In this document: one piece after another, positions 1-10,960 of the stretch
Layout: every line of letters begins with the position of its first letter
Position numbering within the stretch: position 1 is the first letter of the stretch
Source of the DNA: an uncultured Armatimonadia bacterium
GTDB taxonomy: Bacteria > Armatimonadota > Zipacnadia > CAVVLO01
Reading direction: 5' to 3'
Length of the DNA stretch: 64,000 bases
Assembly (NCBI GenBank): GCA_963749155.1
Contig: CAVVLO010000005.1
Location: forward strand, 448,001 to 512,000
Notes under the pieces: generated by a model
What the model was told of the DNA's origin: nothing
Seen by the model: only the letters and a program-made list of their open reading frames with translations
Databases searched by the model: none
Program-made: the position numbers and the translations under genes

Positions 1-2037
1 ACTTCGTTTGTTGAGAAGCTCTTCAACAGGTTCGAGTCCGGCTCTACTCCAAAAAGCTGGGTAAACCGACTGGTCAGCGACTCGCCCGTGTCGGGGTCAG
101 TTTCAGCCGGTGCTGACTGCCAGATGAGCGTGCCTCCTGCCATCACGAAGTCCCGCAACAGCGCGAGCGTTGCCTTCCGCATGAAGGGGCTGTAAAGCAC
201 CACGACAGTAGAATAATCGCCCAGGCCCGCCTTCAGCCGGCCCTTCTCGATGCGCCCGAGCTCGAGCAACTTGTGGTCGGTGAGATAGTTGGCATAGCCA
301 TATTGCACCATCCAGCTACCAAAACGCTCCTCTGAATACAGCAAATCCAGCGGATAGACCAGCAGCACGTCGCTTGTGCGAGGCCGTGCATCGTGAACCA
401 GATTGCCTGGCGCGCCGCCGAAGCCATACGCCGCAGCTACTCCGTTCATCCTGGTGCCGACCTCGCGCGGGAAGCCCCAGGCGCCCCAATAGGACGTCTC
501 ATATTCGTTGACTGCCGCCTGGCTGGCGGTCATCGCCCCGCCGTAGTAGTCGCGGTCCAGGTAGCCGCCTTCGCAGAAATCGTTGCCTCCACCCGTCAGA
601 TAGTCGCCCCAGGAAAAATAGTCGTAGCAACCGCTGATAGCCTCCCGGATGGACGCCGACGACTCGTAGGCAGGGGTATAGTCATAGCGCACCGGCCCCA
701 TGTGGTCGCAGGTGGGCGACTCCTGCCAGGTGGCATGATTGCGCGAAGTGCAGGGCTTGCCGTACAGCTCTTCGGCATATTCCCGCCCCTTGGCGCATAG
801 CCCTTTAACCTGATTTTGAAGCAGCTCGAAGTAGTTTTTCCTCAGCACCATCGTGGCCGCGACGTCGGCAGGTTCTGGCCCAAGCACATGCTGGGCATAG
901 GGATCGTCAGGATGCATCCCATATGCGTGATAGACCAGCAGCTTGTCCGCATCGTCCCAGTCACCTGGCGTCGAGTCCAGCAACCTGCCCTGGAGCGCGG
1001 GACTCATATACCGCGTGCGCAACTCCGTCGGGCCGAAGTGGGTACCCAGGTCCCAGTCGAACCAGATATGCATCTCATCGCTGTAGAAGTTGATGAACTG
1101 CACGCCGCGCTCGTTGTACCAGTCCAGCAGGCCCTTGGTGTAATCCCAGGCCCGGCGATCGAAATAGTCCATCTCGGGCGTGCCCATCATCAGCACAACC
1201 AGCACCTTGTTGCCGCTGCCGGCAGGCGCCTGACCTGTGACCTTGAGCTTGCCGCAGACAAACTGGGCGGGGAAGGGGCGCTGCTGCGGGTCGGGATGCT
1301 TGCGCCCGTAGAAGTCGCCAGGCACCTCTTCAAAGCTGACACTCTCAACTGGCCTGGATGCTTTCGGGCTTCACTACATAATAGCTGCTCCCGTCCAGGC
1401 GACTCTCTTCGAAGCTGAAAGCCTTGACTCCAAGCAGTTGCAGTTCTACCGGACCTTTGTTGTTTACCCAAACCTTGTTAAGTGGCGCGGTAACTTCGAA
1501 GGTGCCATCCGGATTCAAAGCGCCTTCCTGGAAGACATGCTGCTCACCGCTCACACCGAACTCGTCGCGGAAGTCCCAACCCAGGTCCAGCGGGTTGAGC
1601 GCGCTCGCGCCAAAGCCAAGGCCATAACGCTTGCAGACGTCGTTCATCTTGATGACCGCTTCCTTGAGTTCAGGCGCGTTGAGATGCAATTCGCGCTTGT
1701 TTCCCCCGAAGAAGAAGTCATATGAGATGGTGACTTCGCGACCGTGACGGTCGGCTGCGCCTTTCACCAGTTCCTCAAAGCTGACGGCAGCCTCCATATC
1801 GTGCAGCAGGAAGCCCTTTACCGGCTGGCTCGGATCGGCGGCCACCGCGCGGAACTGGTCGTCCGAGGTGAAGATGACCGTATTGTGGCCCCAGAAGCTC
1901 CACGGGCCGACAGCTTTAAGTTGCGGGGCGGGACTGGCTTCGTTCATAACGGTACCCTCCTGGGCATAGCAAGCGGTCGCGGAACAGGTAAGTAACAGGC
2001 AGATTAGTGATGAAAGATTGACTCTCATAGGTTCCAT
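1..2037 (-). CDS. Large secreted glycoside-hydrolase-like protein (frameshift ~1350; runs off left edge)
   Basis: Signal peptide MRVNLSSLICLLLTCSATACYAQ. After a +1 shift at ~1350 the frame stays open to base 1 (…FINFYSDEMHIWFDW…DVLLVYPLDLL…ATLALLRDFVMAGGTLIW), ending in a GH42M/GATase-like domain. Confidence 0.65.
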
Positions 2038-2060
2038 CCTTGATTGTAAACCGAAGGAGC

Positions 2061-3590
2061 CTAGAGCGCACAGTTACCTTCGGCCACGATGCGCGGATCT
2101 TTTTCCAGCTCTTCCATAAGCGCTGGATGCACGCCATGCAACATATTCGAATTGAAGATGGCCCTCGCGGTTGAGCCAGCCTCTGAGAAGTCGATCAGAT
2201 GAGTGGCAGGCGTTTTATCACCCTGAGACAAGTCGGTTGACCAGCACAGGAGGTCGTTGCCCGTGATTGTCGCGAGCACCTGAGCGCCAGACGCTGCCTC
2301 CAGCACGGCGCGGCGGAAGTAGACCAGGTTCGAGCTGGCTATCAGGACTCGCACAAGCCGGTTTCCCTCGACGCGGCAGACTGGCCCTCCGCCCTTGGGA
2401 TGAAAACCGCATCCTACGAACCTTATATATGACTGGAAGGTATCGCGCTCGCAGGTGTTGCTGACCCGCACGGTGCAGAAGTCGGCCGGCGTGAAGGAGA
2501 GCTCCGGTAGCAACGTATGGCCCGCGCGACTGTAGACATCGTCAGGCTTCGGCGTGAAGCCGAACTGGGTGTGGAAGATAAAGCTGTTGTCATACTGCAC
2601 CTGGTCGTCCACTGCCTGGCTGTCGAACCATACAGGGATGAGGGCTTCCAGATTGACGTTGCTCGCGCGGACCGAGAAAGCCCCCAGGCTGCCTTCCTCA
2701 GCCTTGTGCAGTATCCCGACCGCAAGCCCGAAAACCAGCACATCGGAAAGGAACAGTCCATCCGACTTGCCCAGCACAAGCCCTAACGCGGTCTTGCTTA
2801 TCTCCCCGCATGCAGGATGGAAGAAGGTCGGCCGGAATTGCAGATTGCGCAGTACGATGGTATCGAGGCTGTTCTGGATATTAATCCCTACAGAGAGCGG
2901 ATAGCCCCACAGCCCATCCACAGTGTTCTGGGCTATCTGCCGCAGCGGGGGATTTTCACCAACGAATTCGAGTAGCTGATATGCGTTAAGCGCGCCGATA
3001 TTCCTGATTGTGACAGACCGCCCTGATAGCGGGCCATCAAAGGGTATGGCCTCGCTCCGTGGAATTCCGGGCACCTGGGCCTGCTGGCCGAAACCGCGCA
3101 CTGACAGCATGGGCGGATAACGTTTGATTGGGAGCGCGGTATATGGCACCTGGTCGGGGTAGACGAAGGTAAGTCCATCGACGCCTGAATTATGCGCCAG
3201 AGTAAGGGCTGGATAATCAGCCTGGGCCAGTAACAAGCCTCCTGCGATGGGGCGATAGGGCACTGCTTTGGGTGCATCCTGCCCCGCATCATGCACCGCA
3301 AGAAAAGCTGCATCTGCAGGCCCTGCATGGATGCCCTTCAGCGTTACATCAGGGCGCACGAGTAAAGGACGCTCAAGCCGCCAGCCTTCCGGCGCACCGG
3401 GCACGAAAACAACGCCCCCACCAGCCAGAAAAGCCGCGTCAATAGCCGCCTGGAAGGCCCCCGAGTCGTCGGTTATGCCATCTCCAACCGCTCCGAAATC
3501 GCGCACCGAGAAGTAATCTGCCGACCTGGCCTGGCAAAAAAGGCTGGCTAGCAATCCGAGTACAAGCACTAGCAGCAACTGATTATTCAT
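2061..3590 (-). CDS. Secreted right-handed beta-helix protein (Pectate_lyase_3/GH28/GH55-like N-terminus)
   Basis: Motif SVRDFGAVGDGITDDSGAFQAAIDAA…GGVVFVP follows a signal peptide. Start placed at ATG 3590 because the longer ORF overlaps the tRNA. Confidence 0.75.
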   Translation of the reverse strand: MNNQLLLVLVLGLLASLFCQARSADYFSVRDFGAVGDGITDDSGAFQAAIDAAFLAGGGVVFVPGAPEGWRLERPLLVRPDVTLKGIHAGPADAAFLAVHDAGQDAPKAVPYRPIAGGLLLAQADYPALTLAHNSGVDGLTFVYPDQVPYTALPIKRYPPMLSVRGFGQQAQVPGIPRSEAIPFDGPLSGRSVTIRNIGALNAYQLLEFVGENPPLRQIAQNTVDGLWGYPLSVGINIQNSLDTIVLRNLQFRPTFFHPACGEISKTALGLVLGKSDGLFLSDVLVFGLAVGILHKAEEGSLGAFSVRASNVNLEALIPVWFDSQAVDDQVQYDNSFIFHTQFGFTPKPDDVYSRAGHTLLPELSFTPADFCTVRVSNTCERDTFQSYIRFVGCGFHPKGGGPVCRVEGNRLVRVLIASSNLVYFRRAVLEAASGAQVLATITGNDLLCWSTDLSQGDKTPATHLIDFSEAGSTARAIFNSNMLHGVHPALMEELEKDPRIVAEGNCAL

Positions 3591-3679
3591 AAAAGCCAGT
3601 TTCTCCGAACGGGCCGCCTGTCCTGCAGGGCGCAAGGCCTTTCCCAAGCGAGAAGGATGCGCTATACTACCCCTCGCGT

Positions 3680-3755
3680 GCGCCCGTAGCTCAGCGGATA
3701 GAGCGTTCGGCTCCGGACCGAAAGGTCGCAGGTTCAATTCCTGCCGGGCGTACCA
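3680..3755 (+). tRNA. tRNA-Arg (anticodon CCG)
   Basis: Full cloverleaf: acceptor GCGCCCG/CGGGCGT, D arm GCTC/GAGC, anticodon arm TTCGG-CTCCGGA-CCGAA, T arm GCAGG-TTCAATT-CCTGC, encoded CCA end. Confidence 0.96.
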
Positions 3756-3766
3756 ACCTCTTTTAT

Positions 3767-5851
3767 TCAGTCTGAAGTCACCACGATGGCCGCGTAAGCG
3801 CCCAGCCGCTCGAGTCTCACTTCAAGCCACTTGCCAGCTATATCCCAGCGGCCTTCCACCTGACGGAACTCGACTTTTGGCAGGCTCTCAGGCGCAGGCA
3901 GCCTTACTACAACGTCACTGACTGGTATGATTTCGTCAGGTTGGCGCAGGGCCGTAGGCAGTGACCAGGGCACTGTCCGGTTGGCGAGATGGACGATGAC
4001 GCGGCCCTCGGCTTCCTGGCGGAAAAGCGTAACCTCGACGGTCTTCGGCGCCTCGACCTCAAGTTGACGCATCGGGAAGGCAGCCTTCACAAGCTCGCTC
4101 ATCAGCTCGCCGGTATGTTCTTCTCCATGCTGCTCAAAATAGCGCCCCAGGCCGAAGGCGACGTAATAAGCCTTCCCCCGCCCGAAGTCGCTGATTGTAA
4201 CGGCAGGCCACTTCGCCGGTCCAACAGGAAGCGGGTCCTCTACACCGCCCACAGAACCCGCCGGGTCGGTCTCGATACGGCGGGCAAGCACTTGCCCGGT
4301 TGTTTCCACAAATTGAAACGCGCCCTTATACGGCGTCGGCTCGATGGGACGCTCCAGTGCAAAGGGGCCCTCGACCGCGCCCTCCCACGTGATGCCCAAC
4401 ACCTCAGCCAAGCCGAAATCTTCGCGCCAGAAGCCCTTCTCATCCTCGAGTGACGTCTCTCCGGTCGCAATCAGCGTCCCACCCGCCTTGACCCACTGTC
4501 GCAGCACTTCGCAGCAGGCATTGCTGAGGTTGGTAGGCTCCGGGAGAATGACCAGCGAAAACTGCGCCAGGTCGGCTGGCGAGGTCAGGCGTTCTGCGAT
4601 GACTGCATCAAAGGGATAATGCTCCTCCGTCAGCAGGCGGCTCCAGCCGGTCAGCTCTTCCAGCCAGTAATAATCGCCCCGAGACCCTGAATACTTGCGG
4701 GTCGCCCAACTGAACAGCAACGCGACCTTCGCCTGTGACACGGCGCCGTCGGCAAGATCATCATCTGCCATATAGAAATCGAATCCGTGGCGAACGTTGT
4801 CATAAAGGCGTTTTGCTGTTGTGGTGTCTGGATAAGCGCCGATTCCGCAAGGGCCAAAAGCCCCGCCATTGTTGGCTTTGACCGCCGAGGCGGAAAGCTC
4901 CCACTGGGCTTTGCTGATAGGCCAGTGGCCGTAATGGGCCGAGTGCGATGTGCGCAGCATCCAGGAGGGCATCCCCAAGCCGTGATGCAGTTTTACTGTC
5001 AGGCTGGACGTATTGAGGTCGCAGCAGGGGGAGTAGAAGGCCTCGAAAGCCTCTGAAAGAAAGACGTCCAAATGGGGCAGCCACCCCTCGCCGAAGCCGA
5101 TAAGCTCCGGCGTCAGCGGCACCGAGGCGTTGTGCGCGGCAACTACCCCATATTCGTGCAGGACACCTGTGAGTTCGGCGATGAGACTTGCCTGGCGTTC
5201 GGCCTTCCAGTCTATATACGTGCGCCAACCTGCCCGCAGTTCCTCCCAGGTCGGATTCGCAGTGCCAAGCAACGCCTCGAGACTCGGCCTGCAAAACTCG
5301 CACACGCAAGGCTCGACGCAGTGGAACATATCCATATGGAAGGCGTCAGGCTGGTATTTTTCGCAGATCTCCCGGGCCAGCGCGACGACCTGCTCGCGGC
5401 GCGGAGAGTTGGCGCAGGGCACCTGCCAGGCCCCGCCGGGCAGCGCCTGGACGCGGTATTCTGGCAGGTCAGGATTCGCCCAACTCGCAAGCGGGGCAGA
5501 CTTGCGGACTTCGGCCTCAAAGGCCCCAACGGGCACCACGCGCCACTCTGGATGGGCCGAATTGAGCCAGTTTATGTAGGCGATGACGCGCACGCCTGCC
5601 GCCTTGAGGCGACTGGACACTTCGCCGAAATAGTCGCGGCCGGCAAGGCCCGGATGCTGCGGAACGATTGCGCTTGGATAATAGGCGATGCCAAACTGGT
5701 TGCCCGCATACAGGGCCACCAGGTCTGAGCCGAGGTCCGTTAGCTCTTTGGCGATCCGGTCGGGGTCATAGGCGGCGAAGGCCGTCGCCTGCTCGTTCAG
5801 CGCATATTGGTCATACCAGTAGAGGCGCTGCCGTTTTCTGAGCCAGTCCAT
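3767..5851 (-). CDS. GHL6-like glycoside hydrolase with GH42-type trimerisation domain
   Basis: N-terminal GIAYYPS…HPGLAGRDYFGE TIM-barrel motif and C-terminal LAQFSLVILPE…LRQWVKAGGTLIATGETSL. AGGAGG RBS precedes ATG 5851. Confidence 0.75.
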   Translation of the reverse strand: MDWLRKRQRLYWYDQYALNEQATAFAAYDPDRIAKELTDLGSDLVALYAGNQFGIAYYPSAIVPQHPGLAGRDYFGEVSSRLKAAGVRVIAYINWLNSAHPEWRVVPVGAFEAEVRKSAPLASWANPDLPEYRVQALPGGAWQVPCANSPRREQVVALAREICEKYQPDAFHMDMFHCVEPCVCEFCRPSLEALLGTANPTWEELRAGWRTYIDWKAERQASLIAELTGVLHEYGVVAAHNASVPLTPELIGFGEGWLPHLDVFLSEAFEAFYSPCCDLNTSSLTVKLHHGLGMPSWMLRTSHSAHYGHWPISKAQWELSASAVKANNGGAFGPCGIGAYPDTTTAKRLYDNVRHGFDFYMADDDLADGAVSQAKVALLFSWATRKYSGSRGDYYWLEELTGWSRLLTEEHYPFDAVIAERLTSPADLAQFSLVILPEPTNLSNACCEVLRQWVKAGGTLIATGETSLEDEKGFWREDFGLAEVLGITWEGAVEGPFALERPIEPTPYKGAFQFVETTGQVLARRIETDPAGSVGGVEDPLPVGPAKWPAVTISDFGRGKAYYVAFGLGRYFEQHGEEHTGELMSELVKAAFPMRQLEVEAPKTVEVTLFRQEAEGRVIVHLANRTVPWSLPTALRQPDEIIPVSDVVVRLPAPESLPKVEFRQVEGRWDIAGKWLEVRLERLGAYAAIVVTSD

Positions 5852-5903
5852 ATAAGGGCCTCCTGCCACTTAAATCAGGTGCGGCAGGATTCGCCCCCTG
5901 GGC

Positions 5904-7111
5904 TCAGCTCCCTGCACCGGTTTCGGCAGCGGCTGTTATCCTGGGTTTGCCTTGCCGCGGCAGAGCGACTGTAAAAGTGGTGCCCAGCCCTTCGCTGCTG
6001 GTGAAACCGATCACACCGCCCAGACAGCGTTCTGTCAGCAGCCTTGCGCTGAAAGTCCCGATGCCCCGGCCTGTCTCGCCCTTGGTGGAGAAAGACCTTT
6101 GGAAGAGCTGCTGCTGCACCTCGGCAGGCATAGCCCCTTCATTATGCACTGAGAAGACAAGCCTTGCTCCATGGTCATCGGCGCCGAGTTCTACTGTGCC
6201 CCCTGGCGGAGTGGCCTCGAGCGCGTTTTTTACCAGGTTGCCGAGCACCCGTCGGAGCAGCACTGGATCGGTCTCGAAAGTTGAGGGAGGCATCGTGGTA
6301 AGCTGGACCTCTTTGCCGATAGCGACTGAGTGTGGCGATAAAGGTCAGCCACCGATTCCAGTATCTCGCTGATGCTGACTTGCTGGAAGTCCGGTGTCAG
6401 ACGTCCGGTCTCCGCCTGCATTAGCTGGCGCTGGGCAATCAACTCATCGGTGATCTGGTTAGTCAGACGGCCAAGTTCGCGCCGATATTCAGCCTCGGCC
6501 TCTTCATCCTCGGTCGGCCAGGCGAGCAGTTCTACCAGGGCTTTGAGGCCCGAGGCAACATTGAGCACATCGTGGAAGAAAGCTCGCTCCAGCACAGCCC
6601 GGCGTTTCTCGGCGCTAATATCGCGCATAGCGGCGACGATTAGTTCCAGATCGCCCAGCCGGATGAAGGAAGCCTGCACATCAACGTCCACTGCGCCGCC
6701 ATCTCGCTTGAGTTTTGTGCGCAGCCGGCACTCTCGCTGGGCAGTTGCCTTGTTCTCCATGCACTCGAGTACCGCGTTTACGGCCCCGCAAAGCTGGCAA
6801 GGTTCGCCTGTACCGCAACCGTTTGGGTTATTTTCTACGTGGACGCACTGTAAGGCTTCGCCAGGACGCTGTCCAAGCAGCGCATCTGGGCTTTCGAGGT
6901 CCATCAGTTCAAGGACCCGGGTGTTGGCAGCAATTATCTGGCGGTCTAGATTAAGCACGACGGCAAGGCCGGGGATTGCTTCAAGCAACGCTACAGCCAG
7001 CTCATCTTCCAGAAAGCGTTTACGCTCCGACTGAAGCTGTTCAGGGCCAGTTCGTTCGGCCGATGCGAAATATGTCAGGCTGTCACCCGTGCCGCGCGGT
7101 GTATGATCCAT
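5904..7111 (-). CDS. PAS-domain sensor histidine kinase (frameshift ~6330)
   Basis: PAS (AVVLNLDRQIIAAN), H-box FFHDVLN, N-box NLVKNALEA, F/G boxes FQRSFSTKGETGRGIG. Two ORFs join across one indel. Confidence 0.85.
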
Positions 7112-7169
7112 AGCGGCCACCTCCAGCGATGCTGCAAGCCTCTTCTAGTATCCTACCACGCCTTGCTGC

Positions 7170-9335
7170 CTAGCTAACACCCACTTTTACGCTGAAGTGG
7201 AGTTTGTCAGCTTCTGGACTCCAGCGGAGTCGCTCAGGCGAAAGCAACTCCAGGCTTGCGTCCGGTTCAACCAGGGTGATTCGAAGCCCTTCAGGCAGGC
7301 GCAGATGGAAATCCACCCAGTCCGGCGCCTCGCGCCAGTCAGCTTTGAGAGTGCCTTCCACCGTGCCAGTCGCTTCATCGTACTGCAGATAATAAGTTAC
7401 AGGTCCAAAGTGTGTCGTCGCCTTCTCCGCGCCAACACGAGCCCCGCTACCGAGCCAGTGACGCGGCATCCCCTGGGCAATATGCAGGCCCTGAGCCTGC
7501 AAGTCTTCTCGTATCATCAGGTTGCGCAGGCATCTGACAACTGCCACAGGGGTCCAGAGATGCTGCCTGTCGCCCGTGCAAGTGGTCGCGCCCGGCTCGG
7601 GAGAACGCTCTTCACACCAGGTAACCAGTGGGGTCGCATGGTTGAGCGTTGCGTAGAAAAGTGAGGCTACCGCATCGCCTTCATCGCGCGCCAGATGCGC
7701 CTCGGCGAAGTTGTCCAGGGCGATGGCGACCCACAGCCCTCCGGCAAGCCAGCCAGTGTCGACAGGCAGGCCGCCTTCGCTTAGAGGAGTCTCGAACTTG
7801 GCCAGGCTGCCTTCTATCAGGGGGTGATCGTCTACGAGCAGCCTGCACGGCGTAAGCGCATACAGGGCGCCCCAGCGACTGCCCGAAGTTTTACCAGGCA
7901 CGCCAGGCAGCCAGGCAGAGTCAGCTTCCCTGATTGCGCCCCACTCCATCGCCGCCAGCAGGTCGCCTCTTGCGCGCGTAACTAGCTGCTCGAGTTCGAC
8001 CGTTGACTCGCCGAGTTCCTGCGCGGCCCACAGCGCCACCTGATCGGCGTACCAGGCCAGGTAGTTGTGGGGGAGGAAGACTCCATAGAGATCGCCGTCG
8101 TCCTTTAATCCACAATCTCCGAAGCCGCGCGGAAGCAGCCCATAGGTGGCCCGGTGCTCATGGCGTGGTTCGAGGCGCGTGGTCTCACGCTCCGCCTCGT
8201 GGAAACGCGCGCTGGCAAGCAGTCGTGGGAAGAGCGCGCGCAGATAGCCCTTGTCTCCAGTAAGCTTGTAATGCTCCCAGAGCGCCCAGGCCTTGAAGCC
8301 ACTGGAGGCCCACATAAAATGACCCCAGCCGCGTTCATCTTCCCAGTTGCCGTCCTCCTCCTGCATCGCAAGCGGCGCGCGAAAGCCAAGCTCCGCCTCC
8401 CTGGGCAGCCCGTGCTGGTCAAGTGCGATAGCGACAATAGCGGCTTCGCCCGTGTTCGCGGCGCGGTAGACTTCACTGCCTGGCACGCTGGCGATAGAGC
8501 CATCTGCAATCGGTTCGCGCATTACAAAACAATCGGCCAGACACGCTTTGTAAGCCTGATGGGCGCCTTCATCAGGCACCTGAAACTGGGTAGTAGAATC
8601 CAGAAGCCGTTGCCACTCCGCTCGAGCTTCAACGATTTCGACCTCCCAGTCGCGCTTGCGCAGTTCGGGCAGTTCCTTGCGATAAGCCTCATAGGGTCTT
8701 ACCAGGTAGCCTGTCTTGCTCTCCCCAGTTGCCAGATCGAAGACCAGCACCATCGAGTTGGGGGAGGGCGCCATCCCGGAATCAACCAGGCTATAACCAT
8801 CTGCCCCTGTGGCGAAGGCAAGCAACTTGTCGGCGCGCTCATTCCACCCGCATTGCAGGGCGTCGCCTGGCCACTCGCCCGGACGCACCCAGGCGGGATT
8901 CTCCCCCCAGGCTGTAGACTGGACGCGTATCACCAGGCGGTGGGCCTTCGCGTCGGTATTATGCGCTTCGATTCGGGTGACGCAAGCCGACTTGCCGCCC
9001 CAGCAGGTCAGCTTCGCTTCACAGCCCGCGCTGGTGAAGTTAGTCTCAAGTGCGGGGAAATAGCCCTCGACGCGCCGCCAGGAGCTTTCGGTTACCTCTT
9101 GGCCATCGACTTCGAAGCCGAGTTGAAGCCCCCATTCCACCTTTGGCGTCTTGAAAGCCAGCACGGGGAAGGTGGTCAGGTCATCGGTCGTCCAGGAGAG
9201 CTTGAGCCCGCCGGGAGCAAGGTCCAGCAGTGTGCGCTCACTTGCGTCGGGCAAGCCAACGGCCATCCTGTGAGGGGTGGCGAAAGAATAAGAGAAGTCT
9301 ACTACCGGCATCGGATTTTGGCTCATCAGGCTCAC
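7170..9335 (-). CDS. Six-hairpin (alpha/alpha)6 glycosidase-like protein, family unassigned
   Basis: WALWEHYKLTGDKGYL helix motif and C-terminal GMPRHWL…ATTHFGPVTY beta domain. No signal peptide. Confidence 0.7.
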   Translation of the reverse strand: MSLMSQNPMPVVDFSYSFATPHRMAVGLPDASERTLLDLAPGGLKLSWTTDDLTTFPVLAFKTPKVEWGLQLGFEVDGQEVTESSWRRVEGYFPALETNFTSAGCEAKLTCWGGKSACVTRIEAHNTDAKAHRLVIRVQSTAWGENPAWVRPGEWPGDALQCGWNERADKLLAFATGADGYSLVDSGMAPSPNSMVLVFDLATGESKTGYLVRPYEAYRKELPELRKRDWEVEIVEARAEWQRLLDSTTQFQVPDEGAHQAYKACLADCFVMREPIADGSIASVPGSEVYRAANTGEAAIVAIALDQHGLPREAELGFRAPLAMQEEDGNWEDERGWGHFMWASSGFKAWALWEHYKLTGDKGYLRALFPRLLASARFHEAERETTRLEPRHEHRATYGLLPRGFGDCGLKDDGDLYGVFLPHNYLAWYADQVALWAAQELGESTVELEQLVTRARGDLLAAMEWGAIREADSAWLPGVPGKTSGSRWGALYALTPCRLLVDDHPLIEGSLAKFETPLSEGGLPVDTGWLAGGLWVAIALDNFAEAHLARDEGDAVASLFYATLNHATPLVTWCEERSPEPGATTCTGDRQHLWTPVAVVRCLRNLMIREDLQAQGLHIAQGMPRHWLGSGARVGAEKATTHFGPVTYYLQYDEATGTVEGTLKADWREAPDWVDFHLRLPEGLRITLVEPDASLELLSPERLRWSPEADKLHFSVKVGVS

Positions 9336-9403
9336 CTTGTCTAGCGAATTTGCCTTAGTTATTGGCGCCTTTTCGCGTTGTGAAAACCTTTACCTGCCCT
9401 GTA

Positions 9404-9431
9404 TTGACAGCTTGTATGGACGTGGCATAAT
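9404..9431 (+). promoter_or_regulatory. Sigma70-type promoter for the GyrI-like gene
   Basis: TTGACA (9404-9409), 16-nt spacer ending in TGG, then CATAAT (9426-9431). GGAGG RBS and ATG 9466 follow. Confidence 0.65.
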
Positions 9432-9465
9432 TCGCCGAAGGCTCACTAACTGGAGGCGACCTGGA

Positions 9466-10960
9466 ATGAGTGACACTGCTTCTGCCCCTGATGTCAACAT
9501 CGTACAGCTTCCTGCGTTTTTAGTTGCTGGTTTGATCTGCGAATTTCCAGAGGAGAGTCCCCCTCGGCTTTGGGACAGACTCCTTGCCCGCAAAGATGAA
9601 CTCACAGCCATCTCAGGCCCAGCCTGGGGATTCGGAGTAGCGATCCCCATGCAGTCGCCGGACCATTTCAAGTATCTGGCAGGTTGGGAAGTAGATTCTA
9701 CAAAAGACCTGCCAGAAGGCTTCGTGGCCTGGGAAGTGCCAGCGACCAGTTACGCTGTGCTGCAGTGCAACGATGTGGCTGATATTGACCGGGTTCTGAG
9801 CTATTTTTATGGTCAGTGGAGCCAAGTCTCACCCGACTGGGAGTCATCCGGCGGGTATATGGCCGAGTGCTACCTCGCAAGCTATCCTGAAGACCACCAA
9901 ATTTATCTCCACTTGCCGGTCAAACCCAGACAAGCTCCTCGCCAAGCCATCGAAGGTCGCCTGGTGCTTGAAGATGTGCCGCGGATTGGCTTCCATCGGC
10001 ATCTCTCGCCGACACCTGGATCGGTTTATGCCCTGCTGGAATATCTGGGCGAGACCCCTGACTATGACTACCTGATGGGCGCCTCCGGCGCGGCGTTCAG
10101 GCATGCATACGAGAAGATGGACGGCGGCAACATAGACCTGATGCGCTATGGGATGGCCCCCTTCAGACGCTTGTTCGAGGCGCTCGGATTCGATTACACC
10201 ATCACAGGCTGGGAGAGCCGTCAGGCTGTACTCGACGTTATCAAGACAAGCCTTGAGGCAGGTCGTCCGGCGCTAGTTTTTGGCATCGTAGGGCCTCCGG
10301 AATGCGGCCTTGTGACAGGCTATTCAGCGCGATGGAGAAGCCCTCATCGGCTGGAGCTACTTCCAGGAGCCCGACTCGCCTGGCTATTACGAGCAGAAGG
10401 ACTGGTTCGAGCAAGCGCCGAAGCAGGAAGCCGCTGTAATGACTCTGGGCGCCCGAGTGCCACGCCCGGCCCCTCGCGAAGTGGTCGCCAGTAGCCTGAA
10501 GTGGGCTGTGGAGCTTGCCCGGATGCCAGTCCTGCCTAACCATCCTGACCACGTGGCCGGGTTGGCTGCATATGAAGCCTGGGCAGCGGGATTCGAGCTA
10601 GACGAGGACTTCCCCGAGGGTAACGACGAGGCACTTGGCTGGCGCGTGATGATCCACGGTGACCAGTGCGTGATGCTGGAAGAACGCCGCAATGCTGCGG
10701 GCTTCCTGCGCTGGGCTGCGGATATACTCCCCGAAGCCAGGACCGAGTTGCTCGCTGCCGCGGACCTTTACCACCAGGCTGCCGATGACTGCGCAGGGCT
10801 GTGGCCCTGGGGGATGGACATGGACGACCCGGTCATCAAGCGTGATCTGGTTAATCGTGAGTTCAGGCTGAGCCTGGCAGCCCACATACGCACCATCAGC
10901 CTGAAGGAAGCTGATGCCGTTGCCTTGCTCGAACAAGCCCTTGCGAAGCTGGGCGCTTAG
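9466..10960 (+). CDS. GyrI-like small-molecule-binding domain fused to a papain/BtrH_N-like and helical region (frameshift ~10330)
   Basis: GyrI-like FKYLAGWEVDSTKDLPEGFVAWEVPATSYAV…IYLHLPVK, then DYDYLMGASGAAFR…GRPALVFGIVGPPECGLVTGY. Continues in +1 frame as DGEALIGWSYFQ. Confidence 0.7.

Noticed and set aside
3591..3737. N-terminal extension of ORF 2061..3737
   Set aside because: It is the antisense of tRNA-Arg and its promoter region. The signal peptide starts at ATG 3590.
3680..9335. Genomic island integrated at tRNA-Arg
   Set aside because: No integrase, no duplicated tRNA 3' end and no obvious compositional break in the window.
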